Source: Vallitalea sp. (GTDB lineage Bacteria; Bacillota; Clostridia; Lachnospirales; Vallitaleaceae). Taken from it: a stretch of DNA of 64,000 nucleotides. Both the position numbers and the translations under genes were made by a program. Shown piece by piece: positions 28,214-37,131 of this stretch. The first letter of the stretch is position 1; every line of letters begins with the position of its first letter. Location: the NCBI RefSeq assembly GCF_025211055.1, contig NZ_JAOARO010000068.1, positions 3,095 through 67,094 of the forward strand, read 5' to 3'. The notes below the pieces were generated by a model. That model saw only the letters and a list, made by a program, of their open reading frames with translations. It ran no database searches and was not told the DNA's origin.

Positions 28214-29110
28214 TTAATATGAAGATACAAAAGTATCAACAATCTTTTTGTAGTTATCAATATATTCTTTTGATAAAATATCCAGAGAAATTACTTTCCC
28301 ATTAATCTCGTCTGCAATGACAGTTGCTTGTTTGCTATCAAATTCTTGTTGATAGAATACAACTTTTATATTTTGTTCTTTTGCAGAATTAATCACATTA
28401 GTCATAGTTTCAATGGTTGCAGTTTTACCATCCTCTTCAATAACCATCATTTTCAAACCGTAATCGTTAGCGAAATAACCAAGTGAAGGATGATATATAA
28501 TAAAATTATCTATATCAGAGTCTTTCAAAGTTTCTTCGATGTAAATATCTAATTTTTCTAATTCTGCAATATATTTAGCTGCATTGTCAACATAGTAATC
28601 TTTATTCTCAGGGTCAATATCACAAAGAGAATCTCTGATTGAATTAATCATAACTATTACTCTTTTTGGTGACATCCATATATGTGGGTCTATTACCTTG
28701 CTAGTTTCTTCTTTCTCATTTTCGGTAGTTTCATCATGTTCATGGGAATGACTATCTAAATAAAGAATAGGGTATTCTTTTTCAGAGACATCCTTAAGTG
28801 AGATAACTTCTGTATTATTACTTACTATCTTGGGTAATATATTATTTTCAGAGGCTACTCCAATGGTAAAATACAAGTCAGCATCACTTATATGTTCTAA
28901 TTCTTTTGGCGAAGGCTGATAGTTTGCAGGACTAAAGCCTGGGGGTATTACGGTAGTGACAGTGCCTTTATCACCAAGTACAGCGTTAACAAATGCTTCT
29001 TCTGGTCCAATTGATACTGCTATATTAATTTTATTGTTATTTACAGATTTGCCAGAACATCCAGATAATATTAATATTATAGATGCTAGTAATAATAAAC
29101 TTCTTTTCAT
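28214..29110 (-). CDS. znuA: zinc ABC transporter substrate-binding lipoprotein (cluster A-I SBP)
   Basis: Lipobox LSGC. His/acid-rich loop DSHSHEHDETTENEKEE typical of Zn-specific ZnuA/AdcA-type SBPs. DPHIW motif. Confidence 0.82.
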   Translation of the reverse strand: MKRSLLLLASIILILSGCSGKSVNNNKINIAVSIGPEEAFVNAVLGDKGTVTTVIPPGFSPANYQPSPKELEHISDADLYFTIGVASENNILPKIVSNNTEVISLKDVSEKEYPILYLDSHSHEHDETTENEKEETSKVIDPHIWMSPKRVIVMINSIRDSLCDIDPENKDYYVDNAAKYIAELEKLDIYIEETLKDSDIDNFIIYHPSLGYFANDYGLKMMVIEEDGKTATIETMTNVINSAKEQNIKVVFYQQEFDSKQATVIADEINGKVISLDILSKEYIDNYKKIVDTFVSSY

Positions 29111-29123
29111 ATAAATCCTCCTA

Positions 29124-29160
29124 TATAATTTAAATGCAAATAATTTGCATTTAAATTATA
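29124..29160. promoter_or_regulatory. 37-bp perfect palindrome, probable Zur operator of znuACB
   Basis: TATAATTTAAATGCAAAT-A-ATTTGCATTTAAATTATA centred on 29142. Begins 14 nt upstream of the znuA start, next to its SD, in the znuA/zur divergent region. Confidence 0.6.
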
Positions 29161-29285
29161 CTATTTAATTATAGTATTGACAAGTACATTTTTACTAAAA
29201 GAATTAATTTTATTAGTTAAAAAAATATTAGTATATGTTATAATAAATTAACGACAAGTAATCTTCTTAGAATAAAGGTGTTTAT

Positions 29286-29720
29286 ATGGATTTTAATAAA
29301 GTTATTGACCTATTAAAAAATAATGGTTATAAATTGACTAATCAGAGAAAGATTATAATAGAAGCTCTGTATCATAGTGATAAACCAATATCTATGGAAG
29401 AATGGTTATTGTTAACTAAGGATAAGAATCCAGGTATTAATCTATCAACCATTTATAGAAATATTGATGTATTAGAGGATCTGGGGCTACTAGAAAAAAT
29501 CAGACCAAAAGATGGTAACATTAAGTATACTCTTAATCTAATGGAAAATCATGCCCATTTTCTCATTTGTAAAAGATGTGGTAAAGCAGAAGCAATAGAA
29601 TGCTGCCTTAGTAATGAGTTCAAAAAAATTATTGAGGACAAAGAGTTTGATTTGATTGAACATAACTTAGAATTATATGGATACTGTAAAGAGTGTCATA
29701 GTGAATTGGATAAAAAATAA
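29286..29720 (+). CDS. zur: Fur-family metalloregulator, probable zinc uptake regulator Zur
   Basis: Fur-family wHTH (TNQRKIIIEALYHSDKPIS...STIYRNIDVLEDLGLL), HFLICKRCGK and YGYCKECH Cys4 site. Divergent from znuACB. Confidence 0.8.
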   Translation: MDFNKVIDLLKNNGYKLTNQRKIIIEALYHSDKPISMEEWLLLTKDKNPGINLSTIYRNIDVLEDLGLLEKIRPKDGNIKYTLNLMENHAHFLICKRCGKAEAIECCLSNEFKKIIEDKEFDLIEHNLELYGYCKECHSELDKK

Positions 29721-29755
29721 CAATGGGTTGTTTCACATAGTGAGACAACCCATTG
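29721..29755. terminator. bidirectional hairpin between zur and aroC
   Basis: CAATGGGTTGTTTCA / TGAGACAACCCATTG stem (one G-U). Confidence 0.6.
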
Positions 29756-29770
29756 TTATTATTATTGTGG

Positions 29771-30868
29771 CTAAGAATAGATTTTCTTAAGGTTATCAAT
29801 TCTGCTGGTTACATTCCTGAACAACATGTCAACCAAAGTAATAGCTACCATTGATTCTACGACAATTACAGCTCTTGGAACTATAATAGGATCATGTCTA
29901 CCTTTTATGTTGATATCAATGTTTTCTCCAGATTTGTTAACTGTTCTCTGTGTGGTTTTAATTGAAGGAGTAGGTTTAACAGCGGCTCTTAATACAATAC
30001 GAGAACCATCACTAATACCTCCTAATATACCACCAGCATTGTTTGATTCTTTTTCAATTACATCATTTTCATATTTATAGAAATCATTGTTCTCAATACC
30101 TGTTAACTTGGAAGCTGAAAATCCATTACCTATTTCAAAACCTTTGATACTACCTATTGACATGACAGCTTTTGACAGTTCTGCATCTAGCCTATCAAAA
30201 ACAGGTTCACCAAGACCTGATGGAAGATTGTCTACTCTACATTCTATTATTCCTCCACAAGAATTACCTTTTTTCATTAAATCAAGTAGATAGTTTTCAG
30301 CTTTCTCTACACAAGCTTTATCAGGTATACATAGGTCATTATTCCATATTTCATTTTCATGGAAATCTGTGCTTGTGGATATATTCCCAATGGATTTTGT
30401 ATATGTTGTTAGTTTAATGCTAAGAGTAGATAATATTTTTTTTGCAATTGCACCACCAGCTACACGTCCTATGGTCTCTCTACCCGAAGAACGACCTCCA
30501 CCTCTATAGTCTCTAAATCCATATTTCATATCATAAGTCATATCAGCATGTCCAGGACGATAAAATCTGGATATTTCGGAATAATCTTTTGACTTTTGAT
30601 TATTATTATAAACAACTATAGATATAGGAGTACCTGTGGTTTTCCCTTCAAACACACCAGATAATATATTAGCCTTGTCAGACTCTTTTCTTGGTGTAGA
30701 AAAAATAGATTTACCAGGTTTTCTTTTGTTTAATTCAATTTGAATATCTTCTTCTGTTAATTCAATACCAGCTGGACATCCGTCGATAACCACTCCAACT
30801 GCTTCACCATGGGATTCTCCCCATGTAGATATTGTAAATAATTTTCCAAAGTTGGAACCTGTTGACAT
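29771..30868 (-). CDS. aroC: chorismate synthase
   Basis: FGKLFTISTWGESHG N-terminal signature, GRSSGRETIGRVAGGAIA, RHDPIIVPRAV. ATG 30868 follows an AAGGTGA SD. Confidence 0.92.
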   Translation of the reverse strand: MSTGSNFGKLFTISTWGESHGEAVGVVIDGCPAGIELTEEDIQIELNKRKPGKSIFSTPRKESDKANILSGVFEGKTTGTPISIVVYNNNQKSKDYSEISRFYRPGHADMTYDMKYGFRDYRGGGRSSGRETIGRVAGGAIAKKILSTLSIKLTTYTKSIGNISTSTDFHENEIWNNDLCIPDKACVEKAENYLLDLMKKGNSCGGIIECRVDNLPSGLGEPVFDRLDAELSKAVMSIGSIKGFEIGNGFSASKLTGIENNDFYKYENDVIEKESNNAGGILGGISDGSRIVLRAAVKPTPSIKTTQRTVNKSGENIDINIKGRHDPIIVPRAVIVVESMVAITLVDMLFRNVTSRIDNLKKIYS

Positions 30869-31147
30869 ATAATCACCTTCTATACTTAATAGCTTGCCAT
30901 ATATTATATACAATTCTTAACAATTAAACAAGATAATAATAATTTTTTGTATCAAAACTAGTAAATAGTATAAAAAAAATTACATTTTTTGACATGAATA
31001 TAAAAAAATATTTATAAATGTGATATAATATATTAGAATAAATATAAAGGGTAAATTTGACAATTAATAAAAGATATTAAGTATATGGTTATGTTGAATT
31101 TTTAAATTATATTATAAACAATAATTTTACTAAGATGGGGTGTTCAA

Positions 31148-33460
31148 ATGGAGATATCTGAAAATTTTTATTACGCCTTAATTAACAATATATTTAGCGG
31201 ATATGCATATCATAAAGTAATTACAGATTCTGATGGGAATCCTGTTGATTATGAGTTTATAGATATTAATGATGATTATTGTAAATTATTGGGATTAAAA
31301 AGAGAGGATATTATTGGAAAAAGAATAACTGAAATTATTCCAAGTATGGTAGATGAATCATTTGATTGGGTTAATTTTTTTGGTAAGATAGCAATAGAGG
31401 GTAGTAATGGTTCTACTATACAATATTTTAAATCATTTGATAAATGGTATCAGGTAAATGTGTTTAGTGATAAAAAAGGGTATTTTGCAGAAATTTTTAC
31501 TGATATTACTGAGATGAAAAAAAAAGAATTGTTATTGGAAAAAAAGAATGAACAGTTGAGTAAGTTATTTGAGGAGATTACGGCATCAGAAGAAGAACTA
31601 AGACAGCAGAATGAAAAACTTACTCAAGTATATGAAGAGATTGCTGCATCAGAAGAAGAATTAAGACAACAAAATGAACATATTAGCGGATTGTATGAAG
31701 AACTGGTTGCATCAGAAGAGACTCTAAGTGAACAAAATAGGTTGTTAAAACAGAGTAATGATTTAATAAAAGAAAAAGAACAAGTTTATAAATTGATTTC
31801 AGAAGCGTCAAATGATGGTATCTGGTACTGGAATATGAGCAATGGAAAGCGTAACATATCATATGACTGGTATAAGGAGCTTGGAATTAATCTTGAGATA
31901 TTCTCTGATATTAATACTTGGGATAAAATTGTTCATCCAGATGACCTTGAAAAAGCTAAAAAAACCTTGGATGATTGTATTACTGGAATAACTTCAAGTT
32001 TTGAAAGTATCTATAGAATTCGTACAATAAGGGGAGAATATAGATGGATAATTTCTAGAGGAAAGGTCTTAAAGAATGCTGATGGAAAACCTTGTTTGAT
32101 GGCAGGTGCACATATTGATATAACCAATAAGAAAATTAAAGATGATAAGATTAAGTATTTAGCATATTATGATACTCTTACAGGTCTACCTAATAGAGCA
32201 TATCTATTAGAACAATTAAGTAGAAATTTAGATACTAATGACAAAATTGCATTGATAGTAATGGATGTTGATAACTTCAAGAGTGTTAATGATAGTGTTG
32301 GTTTTTTAATAGGTGATAGTATTCTAAAACAAGTAGGATTAAGATTATCAAGAGCCATTACTAAAAATGATTTTATTGCCCGTCTTAGCGGTGACGAATT
32401 TGCAGTTATCTTGAATAATGTTGATAATAACGAAGATATAATTGAAAGAGCCAATTTGGTAAAAGATTGTTTTAATGAACCATTTATTGCTGAAAATAAT
32501 ATACATCAATTGAGTATTAGTCTAGGAATTGCTGTTTCTCCTTATGATGGAGTTGATTCAAAAGACTTGCTCAAGAATGCTGATACTGCAATGTACAAAG
32601 TTAAAAACATGTGTAAAAACAGCATATCTTTTTTTACACAAGATATGAAAGAAGAATTTTTGAAGAGAATTAATATTGAAAAACAATTGAAATCAGCATT
32701 AGAAAATAATGAGTTCAAACTTTTTTATCAACCTCAATTTGATATGAAAACTGGTAAGATAAGAGGTTTTGAAGCATTGCTTAGATGGATTAATTCAAAA
32801 CTAGGATTAGTAAGTCCTATGACATTTATTCCAATAGCAGAAGAAATAGGAATTATTAATGAAATAGGAGAATGGGTATTGAAGGAAGCATGTAATCAAT
32901 ATAAGAAATGGAACTGTGAGTATTCATTTAATGGTATTATATCTGTAAATATTTCTCCTATTCAGTTAAAAACACACAATTTTTATGATATCGTACATAA
33001 TATTTTAAAAGAAACAGGTATCAAATCAGGTTGTTTGGAACTAGAGATTACTGAGAATTTATTTATTGATGCTCTAGATTCGGCAAAAATGCTACTGAAT
33101 GAATTGATTGGATTAGGAGTTAGAATATCATTAGATGATTTTGGAACAGGATATTCTTCGTTAAGTTACCTAAAATCATTACCAATAGATACTCTTAAAA
33201 TTGATAAATCGTTCATTAAGAATACTACATATACAGGAGTAGAAAGAGAAATTACTAGATCGGTTATAGATCTAGTAAGGAAAATTGGTCTTGAAACTAT
33301 AGCAGAAGGAGTGGAAAATGATAAACAACTTAACTTCCTTTATCAGTCATTATGTGATAACATACAAGGATTCTTAACAGGTAAACCAATGCCCGCAGAA
33401 CTAGTAGTTGATATAATAAAAGAGGGAAAAGTAGACTTAATACAATATATAGATAAGTGA
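31148..33460 (+). CDS. PAS / coiled-coil / PAS / GGDEF / EAL signalling protein (c-di-GMP turnover)
   Basis: Two PAS-like segments. GGDEF domain with SGDEF in place of GGDEF and no RxxD I-site. EAL domain with FEALLRW, DDFGTGYSS, EGVE motifs. Confidence 0.88.
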   Translation: MEISENFYYALINNIFSGYAYHKVITDSDGNPVDYEFIDINDDYCKLLGLKREDIIGKRITEIIPSMVDESFDWVNFFGKIAIEGSNGSTIQYFKSFDKWYQVNVFSDKKGYFAEIFTDITEMKKKELLLEKKNEQLSKLFEEITASEEELRQQNEKLTQVYEEIAASEEELRQQNEHISGLYEELVASEETLSEQNRLLKQSNDLIKEKEQVYKLISEASNDGIWYWNMSNGKRNISYDWYKELGINLEIFSDINTWDKIVHPDDLEKAKKTLDDCITGITSSFESIYRIRTIRGEYRWIISRGKVLKNADGKPCLMAGAHIDITNKKIKDDKIKYLAYYDTLTGLPNRAYLLEQLSRNLDTNDKIALIVMDVDNFKSVNDSVGFLIGDSILKQVGLRLSRAITKNDFIARLSGDEFAVILNNVDNNEDIIERANLVKDCFNEPFIAENNIHQLSISLGIAVSPYDGVDSKDLLKNADTAMYKVKNMCKNSISFFTQDMKEEFLKRINIEKQLKSALENNEFKLFYQPQFDMKTGKIRGFEALLRWINSKLGLVSPMTFIPIAEEIGIINEIGEWVLKEACNQYKKWNCEYSFNGIISVNISPIQLKTHNFYDIVHNILKETGIKSGCLELEITENLFIDALDSAKMLLNELIGLGVRISLDDFGTGYSSLSYLKSLPIDTLKIDKSFIKNTTYTGVEREITRSVIDLVRKIGLETIAEGVENDKQLNFLYQSLCDNIQGFLTGKPMPAELVVDIIKEGKVDLIQYIDK
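31571..31759 (+). repeat. three in-frame tandem 63-bp (21-aa) repeats inside the PAS-GGDEF-EAL gene
   Basis: Units 31571-31633, 31634-31696, 31697-31759 encode EEITASEEELRQQNEKLTQVY / EEIAASEEELRQQNEHISGLY / EELVASEETLSEQNRLLKQSN. Confidence 0.85.
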
Positions 33461-33593
33461 AACCATACATATAATTAGTAGATGTAGGATAATTGGTCTA
33501 TTAAGATTGAGTTAGATTGTATAATATGTTCTTGAAATGTTAATAAATTAGTTGTATACTTGGTAGACGTGTAAAAAAACAAAAAATTGACGA

Positions 33594-34727
33594 ATGGTGA
33601 TTAAAGTGTATAAATTATTGAATGTAGATGGAAGAGCAAAAAGAGCTGAAGTGCACACGGTTCATGGTGTTATTCAGACTCCGGTTTTTATGAATGTTGG
33701 TACTGCAGGGGCTATTAAAGGAGCAGTCTCAAGTATGGATTTAAAAGAAATCAAGTGTCAAGTTGAATTATCAAATACTTATCATCTTCATGTCAGACCT
33801 GGAGATGATGTAATTAAGAAATTAGGAGGACTTCACAAATTTATGGTATGGGATAGACCTATACTTACGGATTCTGGTGGATTCCAAGTTTTTTCTCTAT
33901 CTGGTCTTAGAAAAATTAAAGAAGAAGGAGTATATTTTTCTTCTCATGTGGATGGACGTAAAATATTTATGGGACCAGAAGAGAGTATGCAAATTCAATC
34001 AAACATTGCTTCAACAATAGCTATGGCATTTGATGAATGTGCTCCTTATCCAGCGACAAGAGAATACATGCAGAATTCTGTTGATAGAACAACTAGATGG
34101 CTAAAAAGATGTAAGGCTGAGATGAATAGACTTAATTCTATTGAAGATACTATTAATAGAAAACAAATGCTATTTGGAATTAATCAAGGTGGAACTTATG
34201 AAGATATAAGGATAGAACATGCAAAAGTTATTTCCGAATTAGACTTAGATGGATATGCTGTTGGAGGACTAGCAGTAGGAGAGTCTCATGAAGAAATGTA
34301 TAGAATTCTAGAAGAAGTAGTCCCACATCTTCCACAGAATAAACCAACATACCTTATGGGGGTAGGAACACCAATTAATATATTGGAATCTGTTGAAAGA
34401 GGAATAGATTTCTTTGACTGTGTTTATCCAGCCAGAAATGGAAGACATGGTCATGTATACACTAATTTTGGTAAACTTAATCTATGGAATGCAAAATTTC
34501 AACTAGATGATAGGCCAATTGAAGAAGGCTGTCAGTGTCCAGCATGTAAGCATTATAGTAGAGCATATATAAGACATCTTCTAAAAGCTAAAGAAATGTT
34601 GGGTATGCGATTATGTGTACTTCATAATTTGTATTTCTATAATACACTTATGGAAGAAATAAGAGACGCTATTGATAAAAATGAATACCAAGAATATAAA
34701 AATAATAAAATAGAAAATATGTTATAA
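33594..34727 (+). CDS. tgt: tRNA-guanine(34) transglycosylase (queuine tRNA-ribosyltransferase)
   Basis: TPVFMNVGT, LTDSGGFQVFS (catalytic Asp), Zn site CQCPACKHYSRAYIRHL. Alternative GTG start at 33606 behind GGTGA. Confidence 0.92.
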   Translation: MVIKVYKLLNVDGRAKRAEVHTVHGVIQTPVFMNVGTAGAIKGAVSSMDLKEIKCQVELSNTYHLHVRPGDDVIKKLGGLHKFMVWDRPILTDSGGFQVFSLSGLRKIKEEGVYFSSHVDGRKIFMGPEESMQIQSNIASTIAMAFDECAPYPATREYMQNSVDRTTRWLKRCKAEMNRLNSIEDTINRKQMLFGINQGGTYEDIRIEHAKVISELDLDGYAVGGLAVGESHEEMYRILEEVVPHLPQNKPTYLMGVGTPINILESVERGIDFFDCVYPARNGRHGHVYTNFGKLNLWNAKFQLDDRPIEEGCQCPACKHYSRAYIRHLLKAKEMLGMRLCVLHNLYFYNTLMEEIRDAIDKNEYQEYKNNKIENML

Positions 34728-34929
34728 AAAATTATATAAAGATTTTCTAGTAAGTATCAATGAAAATATATTGAACTAATTGAAATGGGTGTATAGATGA
34801 TTAAGTTCAAATATATGGATAAAATAGTTGACAGGAAGTTATTAACAGTGTATCTTATTATATAAGAATAGTGATTCATATAAGCTACTGAATAGATAAA
34901 TTTCTGTGTAAAAACAAGGAGGAAAATTT

Positions 34930-35310
34930 ATGTTAAGTTTATTTGTATTAGAAGCTGGAGCTGGTGCACAACCATCTACTGCTGGTAGTATAGGTGCTAT
35001 GTTAATACCTATGGTAATTTTATTTGGTTTTATGTACCTAATGCTTATTAGACCTCAAAAAAAGAGACAAAGAGAAATAGACCGAATGCAGTCAAGTATT
35101 AATATTGGTGATTCTGTTATGACTAATGGTGGTTTCTATGGAAAAGTTGTTGACTCTGTTAATAATGTTCTTATAGTTGAACTTGGTACTAACAAAAGTG
35201 TAAGAGTTCCTATTGAAAGAAATGCTGTTGCAGCAGTTAAAGAACCAGATTTAACGATTAATAGAGATGACTTAATTGAAGATAAAAAAGAAGAAAAAGA
35301 AGAAGAATAG
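34930..35310 (+). CDS. yajC: preprotein translocase subunit YajC
   Basis: Single TM then LIRPQKKRQRE...GDSVMTNGGFYGKVV core. Conserved tgt-yajC adjacency. Lys/Glu-rich tail. Confidence 0.85.
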   Translation: MLSLFVLEAGAGAQPSTAGSIGAMLIPMVILFGFMYLMLIRPQKKRQREIDRMQSSINIGDSVMTNGGFYGKVVDSVNNVLIVELGTNKSVRVPIERNAVAAVKEPDLTINRDDLIEDKKEEKEEE

Positions 35311-35328
35311 AATTAATGGGTTTTACAC

Positions 35329-35354
35329 AAGGGCTGTATATGATTACAGCCCTT
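35329..35354. terminator. bidirectional hairpin between yajC and the PHP gene
   Basis: AAGGGCTGTA (35329-35338) / TACAGCCCTT (35345-35354), 6-nt loop. Confidence 0.6.
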
Positions 35355-35382
35355 AATATTTTCCCTTTAGAAAATCTATAGT

Positions 35383-36231
35383 CTATTTTGTTGTTTTGTT
35401 CTTGATAGCTTCAAGTATAGAATAAGGAATTTCTAGATTACCTCTTCCCACACCAAGGTCGATATCGGGTTTATTACTACCGTGAAAATCAGAACCACCA
35501 GAAATTACAAGATTATATTTATCTGCGAAGTATTTCAAATATTTTTCTTCAGATTTGTTGTACAAAGAATAAAGTCCTTCAATACCTAATAGACCTATTT
35601 CTGATAATTCATTAATAAGATTATCTAATTGTCTAGGATCCATATTGTATAGAGTTGGATGTGCTAGAATGGGTACACCACCACATGATAAGACAAGTTG
35701 AATTGCCATTTCTGGAGTCACTTTTTCTCTAGGCACATAGCAAGGACTATCATTGCCTATATATTTATTAAAAGCTTCTCTCATAGATGAAACATAGCCT
35801 TTTTTAAGCATTGCTTTAGCAAAATGAGCTCTAGTATAGACATCAGAACTAGATGTAGACAAAACATCTTCTAGGGAAATGTTTATTCCATAATTATTGA
35901 GTTTTTCTATCATCTTAATATTCCGTGATTCTCTAGCATCTACTATTTCATTTAATCCATTTACAAATGTTTCATCGGTTTCATCAATATATAAACCCAA
36001 AAGGTGTATTTCTGTATCATTATATCTTGTTGAGAATTCAATTCCGCTAACTATCTCTACATTATATGATTCACCGCATTTTTTAGCTTCCTTAATTCCA
36101 GAGATACAGTCATGATCAGTTATAGCAATAGCAACAATATTTTTTTTGGAAGCATATTCTACTAATTCACATGGCTTATAAGTCCCATCAGAAGCAGTTG
36201 TATGAACATGCAAATCTATAATTTTTTTCAA
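35383..36231 (-). CDS. PHP-domain metal-dependent phosphoesterase (TrpH/YciV-like)
   Basis: N-terminal DLHVHTTASDG, ITDHD, and C-terminal GGSDFHG motifs. Confidence 0.85.
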   Translation of the reverse strand: MKKIIDLHVHTTASDGTYKPCELVEYASKKNIVAIAITDHDCISGIKEAKKCGESYNVEIVSGIEFSTRYNDTEIHLLGLYIDETDETFVNGLNEIVDARESRNIKMIEKLNNYGINISLEDVLSTSSSDVYTRAHFAKAMLKKGYVSSMREAFNKYIGNDSPCYVPREKVTPEMAIQLVLSCGGVPILAHPTLYNMDPRQLDNLINELSEIGLLGIEGLYSLYNKSEEKYLKYFADKYNLVISGGSDFHGSNKPDIDLGVGRGNLEIPYSILEAIKNKTTK

Positions 36232-36371
36232 ATAAAATCATTCCTCTCTACATAATATATATGTGTAATACATAATATGAATATTTATAAACCATAATTT
36301 AACTTAAAAGCATGGCATATTTTAAATTATAGCACAGTATAATATTATATGGAACAATAAGGGGGAGGATT

Positions 36372-36767
36372 ATGGGCAGAACATCTCGAATTTCAAAGAA
36401 ACCAGACATTAACACACAAAAAATAATAGTGAACATGCTAAAAGCTATTATGATTGGATACATAATTACTATTTTATGTGTACTGCTTCTTTCATTCATC
36501 GTATATAAATATGATCCTAGTAATAGTCAGATTAATATAGGAAGAGTCGTTATTATAATATTAGCAACTATTATTATGGGCTTATTAATAGGAAGAGGCA
36601 TAGGTAAAAATAAATGGATGTACGGTGCTATTGCTGGAGTTATTTATTTTGTTATATTCGTCATAGCATCTATAATAATTAACAAGAATAGTGGAATTTC
36701 TGGAGACGCAATAAGTTTGTTCTTTATGTGCGTTGGTGGTAGTACATTAGGAGGAATGCTAGGATAA
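36372..36767 (+). CDS. small multi-pass membrane protein (TIGR04086-like, clostridial)
   Basis: ATG behind GGGGGAGG. 4 TM helices. Placement next to yajC/scfA is typical for this clostridial membrane protein family (assignment from memory only). Confidence 0.55.
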   Translation: MGRTSRISKKPDINTQKIIVNMLKAIMIGYIITILCVLLLSFIVYKYDPSNSQINIGRVVIIILATIIMGLLIGRGIGKNKWMYGAIAGVIYFVIFVIASIIINKNSGISGDAISLFFMCVGGSTLGGMLG

Positions 36768-36862
36768 GTTATAAGTTACTTGAAAATCTACTTTTAAAAG
36801 TGACAATCTTATGATATAATGTTTTAAGTTAAAGTAACATGTGCTTAAAGGAGGAAAAAGCA

Positions 36863-37003
36863 ATGAAGCATATTAAAACATTAAACTCAGCTACTCTTAA
36901 AAAGAGTTTAAAAAATGGTGGATGCGGCGAATGCCAAACATCATGTCAATCAGCATGTAAAACATCATGTACAGTTGGGAATCAAACTTGTGAAAACAAA
37001 TAA
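36863..37003 (+). CDS. scfA: six-cysteine ranthipeptide precursor SCIFF (46 aa), absent from the ORF track
   Basis: MKHIKTLNSATLKKSLKNGGCGECQTSCQSACKTSCTVGNQTCENK. GGCGECQTSCQSACKTSCTV core with 6 Cys. ATG 7 nt after AAAGGAGG. Immediately upstream of its radical SAM maturase. Confidence 0.9.
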   Translation: MKHIKTLNSATLKKSLKNGGCGECQTSCQSACKTSCTVGNQTCENK

Positions 37004-37017
37004 TTTATAAGTTTATT

Positions 37018-37041
37018 AAGCAGTGACGTTAGTCGCTGCTT
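37018..37041 (+). promoter_or_regulatory. intercistronic hairpin between scfA and scfB
   Basis: AAGCAGTGAC (37018-37027) / GTCGCTGCTT (37032-37041), 4-nt loop, one G-U, no U-tract. Confidence 0.5.
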
Positions 37042-37131
37042 ATATTAGGTTTAATGGATACTTCATTATTGAAGTATTCTAATAATTTAGCTGAATTACA
37101 TATAGCTAAGCATAAGAAAGGAAGAATAACA

